NCBI GenBank assembly: GCA_037142165.1
Contig: JBAXBD010000001.1
Coordinates: forward strand, 1-43,004
DNA length: 43,004 nt
Origin: Schlesneria sp.
GTDB taxonomy: Bacteria > Planctomycetota > Planctomycetia > Planctomycetales > Planctomycetaceae
Reading direction: 5' to 3'
Shown here: positions 16,612 through 26,075 of the stretch, piece by piece
Numbering within the stretch: the stretch's first letter is position 1
How the letters are laid out: each line of letters begins with the position of its first letter
Notes under the pieces: generated by a model
What the model was told of the DNA's origin: nothing
What the model saw: only the letters and a program-made list of their open reading frames with translations
The model's database searches: none
Program-made: the position numbers and the translations under genes

Positions 16612-18720
16612 ATGTCCAAGTTCAAATCGGAGCAAATTCGTAACATTGTTCTTGTTGGCCACGGAGCCGTCGGGAAGACGACTTTGGCAGATCAGATGCT
16701 CTTCAAGGCGGGTATCAGCTCGCGAGCTGGATCGGTTGATGATGGGACCAGCCAACTCGATACCGATGATGAGGCTCGTCAGCATCATTTTTCCATCTCA
16801 TCCGCGATGGTCCACTTCGAGCACCATGGCCTACGCGTCAATGTGATTGACACTCCCGGCTACCCTGATTTCGTGGGACAAGTCATCAGTGCCGTCTGCG
16901 CCGCTGAAACGGCGATCATCACGATTAATGCTGCCGCTGGGATCGAAGCGAATACTCGTCGAACCTTCGAACTGGCGGGAAAAGCACATCTCGCTCGATT
17001 TATTGCGATCAATAAACTCGATCACGATAACGTTGATTTTGCAGAGCTGATCGAATCGATTCAGGAATCGTTCGGTCCTCAATGTGTTCCAATTAACGTC
17101 CCTTGCGGCGCGGGATCCAAGTTCTATTCGGTAAAAAGTACTCTCGCGTTACATGCGGGACAGAATGGATCTGTCGTTGATCCGGCAGCTTATGGTTCAA
17201 CGGTGATGGACATCATTGCCGAGACCGACGATGAATTGATGGAACGGTATCTGGATGGAAAAGAGCTGACTGCCGACGAAGTTCTGGGCGGGGTTAATAA
17301 GGCCATCGGTTCGGGCGCGTTGATTCCGATTGTCTGCCTTTGCGCGAAGTCTGGAATTGGTGTCAAAGAGTTGATGGATGCCGTGGCGGATTTCGCTCTT
17401 GCTCCGGGTGAACTTGTCCGACATGAGAAGGGAGAATCGGGTCAGGACATTGAAGTGAGCCCGACCGAAGACGCTCCCTTTGTTGGACAGGTCTTCAAGA
17501 CGCGAATCGATCCGTTTGTTTCCAAGATGAGTTTCATTCGAGTTCTTTCGGGTAAAGTGACGAAGGATTCGACAATTCGGGACATGCGGACGGGGCGTGG
17601 AATCAAGATTCATCAATTGCTGGATGTCCAGGGTGGTCACGTCGAAGCGGTGGAAGAGGCTCATGCGGGTGACCTGGTCGTTGTCGCAAAGATCGATGAA
17701 TTCCAGGTTGGCGACACGCTGGTTAATGGTGACCGGAGCGTCACGATGCCGATGTTGGAATTTCCCCGGCCGATGATTGGACTGGCTGTTGAGCCGAAAA
17801 GCCGTTCGGACCAGCAGAAGATTTCCGGGGCGCTGCACAAAATCGAAGAGGAAGACCCGACATTCTGCATCACGCGCGATCCGCAAACGCACGAGATGGT
17901 CATGCGCGGGATGAGTGACCTGCATCTGCAGATTGTGCAGGAACGACTTCACAAACGAGACAAAGTCGACGTGGTGACGCACGCGCCGAAGGTACCGTAT
18001 CGCGAAACGATTTCCGGTCGAGCCGAAGGTTCGTACCGGCATAAAAAACAATCCGGCGGTTCGGGCCAGTTTGCTGAGGTCCACCTGCGGGTTTATGCCC
18101 TGCCACAGGAACTCGATCCAAAGACTTATTTTACTCGCGAGCGATTCGAAAGCCTGCGAGAACACACCTACGATCCTGAATTGAATTTCGCGTTTTTGGA
18201 TTGTGTGACGGGAGGTTCTGTTCCAAATCAATTCATCCCGGCGGTGGAAAAGGGGATTCGTGACCGGATGGAACAAGGTATCCTCGCGGGATACCAGGTG
18301 CAGGACGTCGCGGTGGCACTCTTCTTTGGCAAAGATCATCCCGTCGACAGCAACGAAGCGGCGTTTCGCACAGCTGCGAGTAGCTGTTTTCGAGATGTTT
18401 TCAAGCAGGCCAAGCCGTCGCTGCTTGAGCCCGTGATGCATCTGGAAATCACGGTTCCCGGCGAGAAATTGGGTGATATTACGAGCGATCTGAACACTCG
18501 CCGTGGCCGGATGGAGGGGATGGATTCATTGCCCGGCGGGATGCAGGTTGTGCATGCGAGGGCTCCGTTGTCCGAGCTGATGACCTATGCGCGTTCGCTA
18601 TCGAGCATGACGGGTGGTCAAGGTTCGTACACGATGGAATTCAGCCATTACGAACAGGTTCCCCCGAACGAACAGCATAAGATTATCGAGAGTGCTCAAA
18701 TGCATACTCATGAGGAGTGA
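16612..18720 (+). CDS. fusA: Elongation factor G paralogue (EF-G II type)
   Basis: IRNIVLVGHGAVGKTTL, DTPG, NKLD, PKVPYRETI, HKKQSGGSGQF, HPVDS, LLEP. The G2 motif RGITI is replaced by HHFSI. Start at MSKFKS. Confidence 0.9.
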   Translation: MSKFKSEQIRNIVLVGHGAVGKTTLADQMLFKAGISSRAGSVDDGTSQLDTDDEARQHHFSISSAMVHFEHHGLRVNVIDTPGYPDFVGQVISAVCAAETAIITINAAAGIEANTRRTFELAGKAHLARFIAINKLDHDNVDFAELIESIQESFGPQCVPINVPCGAGSKFYSVKSTLALHAGQNGSVVDPAAYGSTVMDIIAETDDELMERYLDGKELTADEVLGGVNKAIGSGALIPIVCLCAKSGIGVKELMDAVADFALAPGELVRHEKGESGQDIEVSPTEDAPFVGQVFKTRIDPFVSKMSFIRVLSGKVTKDSTIRDMRTGRGIKIHQLLDVQGGHVEAVEEAHAGDLVVVAKIDEFQVGDTLVNGDRSVTMPMLEFPRPMIGLAVEPKSRSDQQKISGALHKIEEEDPTFCITRDPQTHEMVMRGMSDLHLQIVQERLHKRDKVDVVTHAPKVPYRETISGRAEGSYRHKKQSGGSGQFAEVHLRVYALPQELDPKTYFTRERFESLREHTYDPELNFAFLDCVTGGSVPNQFIPAVEKGIRDRMEQGILAGYQVQDVAVALFFGKDHPVDSNEAAFRTAASSCFRDVFKQAKPSLLEPVMHLEITVPGEKLGDITSDLNTRRGRMEGMDSLPGGMQVVHARAPLSELMTYARSLSSMTGGQGSYTMEFSHYEQVPPNEQHKIIESAQMHTHEE

Positions 18721-18734
18721 AGAAATTTCCGAGT

Positions 18735-18827
18735 TAAGCCGGGCGGAGTCAGCGCTTGGATTCTTGCGTGGAATCTGAATGAGAATTTGGAAACGACGAG
18801 TCCGAGGGGTTACGCCGCCCCGTTCAC
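18735..18827. repeat. Degenerate REP-like inverted repeat (same family as 42299-42444)
   Basis: taagccgggcggagtcagcgcttggattc pairs imperfectly with gagtccgaggggttacgccgccccgttca. Confidence 0.55.
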
Positions 18828-18972
18828 TTGGACTATGTTAATTGAGACTCAATCCGATGAGAAAGCCGTTATTTGAAATGACTCACGCGAGCGACTGTTG
18901 TTTTAAGTAGTGGAGGCTCAGACACCATTTTTTTTACAAAACCTGATTCTTCCGAAAAAACGGGCGAGTACT

Positions 18973-19641
18973 GTGACTTATCAACCCGTCGTTTTATATG
19001 AAGACAACCACTGTCTTGCCGTGGACAAACCAGCCGGGTTGCTCACGATGGGTGATCACACCGGCGAACCAACTCTTGTCGATGCGGCACGAGAATACCT
19101 GCGAGTAAAATACCAGAAGCCGGGCAATGTCTTTGTGGGGGTCGTACATCGCCTGGATCGGCCAGTTTCCGGCGTGGTCCTGTTCGCAAGAACGAGCAAA
19201 GGAGCCAGTCGGCTGTCCGAACAATTCCGCGCTCACTCCATCGAAAAGATCTATCTCGCTCTCGTGGAAGGAACAGTTTCGGCTCCATATGGCGTATTGC
19301 GAGATCGACTCGTCAAAGACCACGTACGCAATGTGGTCTCCGTAACTGATCGCGAAGAATCAGGTCAGGAATGCGTGCTGTCGTTTGAGCGACTGGAACG
19401 ATTTGGTCGGTACAGTTTATTGGAAGTTCGGCCACAAACCGGGCGTAGTCACCAAATTCGCGTGCAACTCGCCTCACAAGGCTGGCCCATTGTCGGGGAT
19501 CGAAAATATGGCTCACAAACATCAGTTGAGGGCTTCATTGCACTTCACGCATCATCACTGACTTTTGCCCACCCCACGACTAGAGAGTCGATGGCTGTCG
19601 TAAGTCCGCAACCCGCCGCATGGCGTAAACGATGGTCTTGA
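18973..19641 (+). CDS. RluA-family pseudouridine synthase
   Basis: YEDNHCLAVDKPAG, catalytic VHRLDRPVSG, TGRSHQIRVQL, PIVGDRKYG. GTG start inferred. Confidence 0.92.
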   Translation: MTYQPVVLYEDNHCLAVDKPAGLLTMGDHTGEPTLVDAAREYLRVKYQKPGNVFVGVVHRLDRPVSGVVLFARTSKGASRLSEQFRAHSIEKIYLALVEGTVSAPYGVLRDRLVKDHVRNVVSVTDREESGQECVLSFERLERFGRYSLLEVRPQTGRSHQIRVQLASQGWPIVGDRKYGSQTSVEGFIALHASSLTFAHPTTRESMAVVSPQPAAWRKRWS

Positions 19642-19680
19642 AACTTTGGCGAGTTAACAGCGTTGCTTTGCGAGTGTTTT

Positions 19681-20433
19681 TCAAGGAATTTTGCTTTTTT
19701 CAGTCGGCTCCTCTGCTGTGATCTCCTCATCAGTCAAGAACTCGTACGTGCTTTCGAATAAAGGCTGCTGCACAAGCCAGATGTCGCCGGGTTTATCCTG
19801 GTACGGGTCAGCAGTATCACCTTTTACGACATAACCCCCTTGTTCGGAGTGAAGCGGATTTCCAGGATCATAGCCAGGGCGAATTGAAAATCCGGCGATG
19901 TTCGACCCTTTCACCTGGGCTGCCCAATTCGTGACGTCCGGCTTTGGTCGAAAAAGATGGTACTCGTATGGCTTATCATCGAAAGCAAATTGCTTGGTTT
20001 CCGACTCCCCGCGTTCGTACTTCGCTTCGATCTTTTCCCACGCCTGAAACCATGGTTCCTCGGCGACGCCAACGCATAACCAGGCATTTTCGCGGGCCAT
20101 CAATTTCGCTCGGTCCGCCGTTTGGAACTCCTTGCCGACTTCTTCAGCCGTGATGGCCCGAGCCCACATCGAACGTGTTTTCTTTGCCTTTCGCCAGGCG
20201 CGATTTTCATGAACCCAAGCCAATGTCTCTTCGTGCGTCAGTTCGCGTGCGGGTGCTTTCGTCAATTCGAGCGAAGGGTGGGAAGAAACCGATGAACCTT
20301 GCCCCTGAGTTTGCGGCTTTGATTCCATAATTTGCTCGTGCTTCCAACACCCGCAAACTCCGAGAAATGCGAATCCGAGGATCCCACGCCATCGCTTAGT
20401 CGTAATACGCACGGTGAATTTCCGCATATTCAT
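19681..20433 (-). CDS. Putative lipoprotein with two tandem PGDYG-like domains
   Basis: Basic N-region, hydrophobic core and a VCGC lipobox-like motif. Two internal repeats end in EKIEAKYE and PLFESTYE. Confidence 0.7.
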   Translation of the reverse strand: MNMRKFTVRITTKRWRGILGFAFLGVCGCWKHEQIMESKPQTQGQGSSVSSHPSLELTKAPARELTHEETLAWVHENRAWRKAKKTRSMWARAITAEEVGKEFQTADRAKLMARENAWLCVGVAEEPWFQAWEKIEAKYERGESETKQFAFDDKPYEYHLFRPKPDVTNWAAQVKGSNIAGFSIRPGYDPGNPLHSEQGGYVVKGDTADPYQDKPGDIWLVQQPLFESTYEFLTDEEITAEEPTEKSKIP

Positions 20434-21140
20434 AGCTCCGCAACAAGGGGACAATTACTGAAGTGAGTAATTCGCTTGATGAGTTCTGTTCATCGACCGA
20501 AGGTTGTGCAGTGCTGATTTTTAGCATACCCGACCCGAAGCTGATTCGGCAACGATGAAGCCGAAGCCGCTGACGGCGGGTCCGTGTTTCAAACTGACGT
20601 GCCTCGCTCTGACCGTCTTCGGTTGATCCGTGCTCATCGAACTATGAAGACATGGTCTTGTCGAAGACCTCTAAAACTGCGACATATGGAGTTTCAATCG
20701 CCATCTTCCGATAGAGCAAACCAATTATCCCGGATCGCAGGTTGGCCATTTCATCAGCAGAGTCTTGCCGACCCATTGGCTTGAAGATGACGCCCGCGCG
20801 GTGAATTTCGACACTTTTGGCTTGTGTTGCGGTTGCATGCGTATCACCGTATTGTCTTGTTTGATCGTCTGTGACTATCTCGATGTGCAGCGATTGCTGT
20901 TCATTGCGATGCCTTGGATTGGTTCACAAACGTCTCACGTGAAATGCCGAGGATACTCTCTGTTTTTTGGGAAACGCTGTTTTCAAAAGTGGTGCGATTG
21001 AAACGTAAAAAAATAACCAAACGACGTTTGGCTCGTCGGATAGACATGATTTGAGCGTAACTGCGACGTCTTTCGGACGAACCGGTTCCTTCAGGATAAC
21101 TCAGACTCGGCCGACGAAATTCGGTTCAAGGATATCATCA

Positions 21141-22622
21141 ATGTCGACATGCTTCGTTGTTATGGGTTTCAAGACAAAAACGGATCTGGCGACTGGACGC
21201 ATCCTCGATCTCGACGCAACCTATCAATACCTGATCAAACCTGCTGTTGAATCATGCGGAATGAAATGCATACGCGCGGACGAGATCGTGCATAGTGGGG
21301 TGATCGACCTGCCAATGTATCAGCAACTCCTTGAAGCGGATCTCGTGATCGCAGATGTCTCGACAGCCAATCCAAATGCTCTTTATGAACTTGGTGTGCG
21401 CCACGCGCTGAGGCCACGAGCCACGATCGTCATCGCAGAAGACAAGTTTGCTGCCTATCCATTCGACCTCAATCACATTGTTATTCGAAGCTACACCCAC
21501 CTCGGGACCGATATCGGATTCGGCGAGGTCAAACGTTTCACGAACGTGCTAGCGACTGCAATTAAAGTATGGCAAGAAGCGCACGCATCCGAAGCCGCCA
21601 AATCCCTTGATCCTGACAGCCCCGTCTATACATTTCTCAAAGACTTGAAACCCCCACAATTGACGGTCACAGCCGAGGCGGTGACTCGAGCGATCCAGCG
21701 ATCGGAAGAAGAAAACGCGGTTGCCGACAATTCCGCCAAGCCAGAGTCTGTCATTCCTGATGAAACCCTGGCGATGATTATCGCCGAGGGAGAAATGGCA
21801 ATCGCCGAAGGAGGATTTCAGTCAGCCAAAAGATTGTTCGGACAAGCGATACAACGTTCACGTCCATCTGGCGCCGCTAAACCGGGGGAGATTTCGCATG
21901 TTGGAGATCCCTATTTGATCCATCGGTTGGTGCTGGCGACTTATAAGGCGAAGAAACCGGATTCCATCACGGCCTTGCGTGAAGCCCTCGATTTGCTTGG
22001 CCAGCTCAATCTTCCAGAAACCAACGATCCGGAAACGCTTGGTCTGGCAGGCGCGATCGAAAAGCGGCTTTTCGAAGAAAAACAGGGGATTGAGCACCTG
22101 GAACTGGCAATTGATTACTATCGGCGGGGATATGTTCTCAAGCAGGATCACTATAACGGGATCAACCTCGCCTATCTTCTTGATTTGCGTGCCGGAACCG
22201 ATGCTGACCCGACAGCTGCGGAAAAGATCGCCGACCATGTCGAGGCAAGCCGGATCCGCCGCAACGTTCTCAAGATTTGTTCCGGTGTCATTCAAGATCT
22301 TCATCAGAAGAAGAAAGAATTGGCGCTGCTTCCTGAGAGCGATTCAAACCGGACTGACGTAGACAATCGGCTATATTGGGTACTTGCGACACAAGCCGAA
22401 GCGTATTTTGGTCTGGGTGAAATTCAAAAAGGTCAATTGGCGAGGGAATATGCAACGGAGGACACCCAGCCCTCCGACTGGAAGCAACACTATACGGTTG
22501 CGATAAACGAAGCCTCTCAACTCAATCGACCCGATTGGATGCATGATGCAACCAAATCACAAATCGAAAAGTTAGGGGTGCTCATCAACGCGCATGTCGA
22601 TCTGTTTCAAAAACTCGCCTGA
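21141..22622 (+). CDS. Nucleoside 2-deoxyribosyltransferase-like domain plus TPR-like domain (DUF4071 / ASK1 'TRAF-binding' type)
   Basis: CFVVMGF, CIRADE, ADLVIADVSTANPNALYELGVRHAL and PFD, followed by helical repeats DPETLGLAGAIEKR, YYRRGY, YNGIN and YWVLATQAEA. Confidence 0.85.
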   Translation: MSTCFVVMGFKTKTDLATGRILDLDATYQYLIKPAVESCGMKCIRADEIVHSGVIDLPMYQQLLEADLVIADVSTANPNALYELGVRHALRPRATIVIAEDKFAAYPFDLNHIVIRSYTHLGTDIGFGEVKRFTNVLATAIKVWQEAHASEAAKSLDPDSPVYTFLKDLKPPQLTVTAEAVTRAIQRSEEENAVADNSAKPESVIPDETLAMIIAEGEMAIAEGGFQSAKRLFGQAIQRSRPSGAAKPGEISHVGDPYLIHRLVLATYKAKKPDSITALREALDLLGQLNLPETNDPETLGLAGAIEKRLFEEKQGIEHLELAIDYYRRGYVLKQDHYNGINLAYLLDLRAGTDADPTAAEKIADHVEASRIRRNVLKICSGVIQDLHQKKKELALLPESDSNRTDVDNRLYWVLATQAEAYFGLGEIQKGQLAREYATEDTQPSDWKQHYTVAINEASQLNRPDWMHDATKSQIEKLGVLINAHVDLFQKLA

Positions 22623-22645
22623 TCCCAAACAACAGGAAGCCGACG

Positions 22646-23788
22646 ATGTCTTTCCATGACAAACTGAAAAAAACCGGTCCAAAAAAGCTTCTCGCGTGCG
22701 ATGGTGGGGGAATCCGAGGGATTCTCAGCGTGGAAATCCTCGCGCGCATTGAGAAAACGCTTCGTGAAACCTATGGCAATCCGAATCTGAAATTGTGTGA
22801 CTACTTTGACTATATCGCTGGCACTAGTACCGGCGCCATTATTGCGGCGGCATTGGCTTGGGGAATGACAGTCGACGAACTTCGCAGTTTCTACGTGAAT
22901 AACGGCGAGGAAATGTTTCAGAAGGCGAAACTGCTCGAACGATTCAGGACGAAGTTTCGTTCAGACAACTTGAGCAAGCAGTTGCAGGATGTCTTCGGCG
23001 CCGAAACGACGCTCGGCACGGATAAACTCAAGTCTCTGCTTTTAGTGATCTTGCGTAACGCAACCACGGACTCACCATGGCCGCTCTCTAATAATCCCGC
23101 AGCGAAATACAATCAGTTGACACACGCCGATGGGACTCAAAATAACGAATGCAACCTCAATCTGCCTCTCTGGCAACTGGTCCGAGCGAGTACGGCCGCC
23201 CCAACGTATTTCCCTCCCGAAGCGGTCAAAGTCGGCAATCATGAATTCGTTTTCGTTGATGGTGGGGTCACGATGTATAACAACCCCGCTTTTCAATTGT
23301 TCAAGATGACAACGCTTGCACCCTTCAAATTGGAGTGGCCGGTGGGTCGTGATAAAATGCTTCTCGTGTCGGTCGGCACAGGGTTCGCCGACTCGGCCAA
23401 CGAAAATCTGCAGCCTTCACAAATGAACTTGCTTTATAATGCCGGCTCGATTCCCTCCGCATTGATGAACGCCGCTCTTCATGAACAGGACACCCTGTGT
23501 CGCATGTTTGGCAAATGTCTCAGCGGCATTCCCAAGGAAATCGACTCAGAATTGGGTGGCCTGGAGGGTGATGCAGGTTCAGCTTTTTCGCCACAGCACT
23601 TCACCTATGTACGATACAACGCCGAACTGACCGACAAGGGCCTGGCAAGTCTCGGATTGAGTGGAATTGCGCCGAGTGACGTGCAGCAGATGGATTCGGT
23701 CGCACACATTGACAAACTGTCCAAGATCGGGAAAGCGGTCGGAGACAAGTATGTGTCGGCCGCACACTTTGAAGGATTTCGTCCCTGA
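22646..23788 (+). CDS. Patatin-like phospholipase
   Basis: DGGGIRG, GTSTG (catalytic Ser), ASTAAPTYF, VDGG (catalytic Asp), VSVGTG. Starts 23 nt after the previous gene, with an AGGA RBS. Confidence 0.93.
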   Translation: MSFHDKLKKTGPKKLLACDGGGIRGILSVEILARIEKTLRETYGNPNLKLCDYFDYIAGTSTGAIIAAALAWGMTVDELRSFYVNNGEEMFQKAKLLERFRTKFRSDNLSKQLQDVFGAETTLGTDKLKSLLLVILRNATTDSPWPLSNNPAAKYNQLTHADGTQNNECNLNLPLWQLVRASTAAPTYFPPEAVKVGNHEFVFVDGGVTMYNNPAFQLFKMTTLAPFKLEWPVGRDKMLLVSVGTGFADSANENLQPSQMNLLYNAGSIPSALMNAALHEQDTLCRMFGKCLSGIPKEIDSELGGLEGDAGSAFSPQHFTYVRYNAELTDKGLASLGLSGIAPSDVQQMDSVAHIDKLSKIGKAVGDKYVSAAHFEGFRP

Positions 23789-23844
23789 TATTTCGTGACG
23801 ATTATCGTCAAGAGATTCCTGACGCGCTATGTCTGCAATCCAAT

Positions 23845-23921
23845 GGGAGGGCGAGGCGCCTGCCGAACCGCTGGGTCGATGTGTGACCCGTTTCGTGGCT
23901 CGGTAGAAGCCTCGCCCTCCC
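23845..23921. repeat. REP-like palindrome (complete copy)
   Basis: gggagggcgaggc ... gcctcgccctccc perfect 13-bp ends with further imperfect internal pairing. Confidence 0.8.
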
Positions 23922-24060
23922 GACTTTCAAGCTTTGCAGCGAGCGAAGAAATTAATCGTTAGTACGACATTCGTTTAAGTGTCATAGAGCGTCAGAACTT
24001 TGCCCTGGCTCTTCGTATGTTCTAAATGCGGTCCGCTCCCATTGAGTATAAAGGCTCATC

Positions 24061-26061
24061 ATGTCGGGTGATGCATCAATACAGACAGCCAACGATCACG
24101 ATCAGGATTCCGAAAAATGGCTGGAGCAAGTGCTTCCGTTGATTCGGGTACGCAAATGCCGCCCTTGGACTTTTTTTCCAGACTTGCACGAGGTCTTCGG
24201 ACTTTATCCCTCTGAAATTGTTGTGACTCGCAAGAGGATCGGCACCCCAATTCCAGAGAGTGCCTACACAACCGACGGTGCTGGGGTGCTCAAAGAACTT
24301 GGGCGAAGCACAGGTAGCGTGACCTCGATCCCTCTCGATGAAGTATCGCAAGTGGTTTCGTATCCGCGAGCGATGATGGGCGAGTGCGAGCGTATCAAAG
24401 CAGTCGCGGGGAAAAAGAAAATTTCATTTCCCCTTCTTCAGCGAGAGACGCCAAACATCTACCGGACATTACGCCTTTTGCTCGGCCCTCGATATCAACA
24501 GGAAAACTGGATTCCGTTTGCTGGTCTGTACCGGGCTCTCTCATTTTCTCTGTTCTTTCTTTATACCGCATTCTTTCCACAGCAAGTATCTGGAATCCTA
24601 TCGACGATTGGATTGAACCTCGATGCCGAGCTTCTGATGTTTCTGGCAGGGTTTCTTTTTTTTATCGCGAGCATCATTTTGCTTTACACGATTGGCCATA
24701 CGATCCCTGTCCGAAATAAGGCCAAGCTCAAGAAAAAGATCAAGCCGGTTAAGGATTTGTCAGGCCAGCAACCCCTTCGGCTGCGTATTGCAGGAAGAAC
24801 GCTGACGATTGCAGGATCGCTCCTGGTGCTTTTCGCTCTCGTAGTCGGAATCACAATATCACCGGAATTATGGTTCGGTGAATTATGGTTTTTTCCAAGA
24901 GTTTCACTCGGAGAAAGCCATTGGTACCTCAGGTTGTTTTCGGTTGCTAATTCAGTTTTGTGTGTTTTTATTCTTACGAGTATCTATTTCTTCTTTTTCA
25001 ACATAAAGAAATTAGGGATAGGTGTTGTTTACGTTACTGTGATCTCCGCCATTTTAGATGGAGCATTCGCTTTTGTGGGGATGTTTCAGGCACCTGACGC
25101 GAAAACTTTCTACTTGTCCCTCGAAAAGGTTTGTCCCTACATCGGCCTCGTGATGATCCAGTTCGGGCAAAGGATGGTCTCAAGGAACGCATTATCGGTT
25201 CTCGCCGAGGATTCGAGGGCTCCGATTCTCTACTTACGGTCATTTGAAAGTGACGTCGAAGATACATTAACTCCACATACTGCGCTGCCACGAATCTTTG
25301 GCCTGACGCTGTCGCCCGATGTTCGCCACCTTCCCTTTTACTTTATGGCGATTTTCGAACTTCAACCGGTCCGTTTGTTAAGGTCACTGTTTGGATTGAT
25401 TTCTCCTAACACAGAACTGCAACTCGCAAATTTCTTTCGAGAATTCGGGCCATTCATTGCGATCGGGAGACCGGGAGAACAATTGGCAACAATTGGAGCG
25501 GACCGCGTGTATGTCGGTAATGACGAATGGAAGAAGGTTGTCACTGACTTTCTTGAGCAATCTCGCTTTGTCGTTCTTCAGGCGGCAGGAACTGAGGGGT
25601 TCATTTGGGAACTGCACACAGTCCTTGAAACTGTTGCTCCCGAGAAACTCCTGTTTTGTCTGTCGAGTTTTTGCGAGCGACAGAACGATTACGAGGATTT
25701 CCGCCTCAACGCCGAATCGACTCCTGGGTGGCGATTTCCACGTTCCGTAGGAAATCTGAGTGAAGCCCAATTCCTTTTCTTTGATTCGAATCGCGCGCCT
25801 ATTATGCACGCGGTCTCTTATCGTTCTCCTCTCAAATGGCTGTTTTCAAGTCAGATTGCCGACTTTCGACATACACTCACTGGATTTATTGACCGGACAG
25901 AGAGAACAGATTCCCCGTACCAGACGAAGCGATATCTCGGCCATAGCTTCCTGGCGGTCATCCTGTTTCTTACCGCCGTTCCCTTATGCTTGAGTCTGGT
26001 ATGTTTTGCATTCGTGGAGATTTTCATACGGTTTATTCAACCGCTGGTCAGTAGTACTTGA
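24061..26061 (+). CDS. Multi-pass membrane protein with a C-terminal Rossmann-like (TIR/NDT-like) domain
   Basis: Several Phe/Leu-rich TM segments, then APILYLRSFESD, AIGRPGE, EWKKVV and GTEGFIWEL, and a final TM helix. Confidence 0.75.
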   Translation: MSGDASIQTANDHDQDSEKWLEQVLPLIRVRKCRPWTFFPDLHEVFGLYPSEIVVTRKRIGTPIPESAYTTDGAGVLKELGRSTGSVTSIPLDEVSQVVSYPRAMMGECERIKAVAGKKKISFPLLQRETPNIYRTLRLLLGPRYQQENWIPFAGLYRALSFSLFFLYTAFFPQQVSGILSTIGLNLDAELLMFLAGFLFFIASIILLYTIGHTIPVRNKAKLKKKIKPVKDLSGQQPLRLRIAGRTLTIAGSLLVLFALVVGITISPELWFGELWFFPRVSLGESHWYLRLFSVANSVLCVFILTSIYFFFFNIKKLGIGVVYVTVISAILDGAFAFVGMFQAPDAKTFYLSLEKVCPYIGLVMIQFGQRMVSRNALSVLAEDSRAPILYLRSFESDVEDTLTPHTALPRIFGLTLSPDVRHLPFYFMAIFELQPVRLLRSLFGLISPNTELQLANFFREFGPFIAIGRPGEQLATIGADRVYVGNDEWKKVVTDFLEQSRFVVLQAAGTEGFIWELHTVLETVAPEKLLFCLSSFCERQNDYEDFRLNAESTPGWRFPRSVGNLSEAQFLFFDSNRAPIMHAVSYRSPLKWLFSSQIADFRHTLTGFIDRTERTDSPYQTKRYLGHSFLAVILFLTAVPLCLSLVCFAFVEIFIRFIQPLVSST

Positions 26062-26075
26062 GATCGAATATCGGA

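Noticed and set aside
17197-18441. 414-aa minus-strand ORF
   Set aside because: Antisense shadow of the EF-G paralogue.
20460-21050. Short ORFs or a possible ncRNA in the long divergent intergenic region
   Set aside because: No convincing RBS, protein motif or recognisable RNA family.
21141-23788. Calling the patatin locus CBASS or Thoeris
   Set aside because: No CD-NTase, SIR2/SLOG or canonical ThsB gene is visible, so it is reported only as a candidate system.
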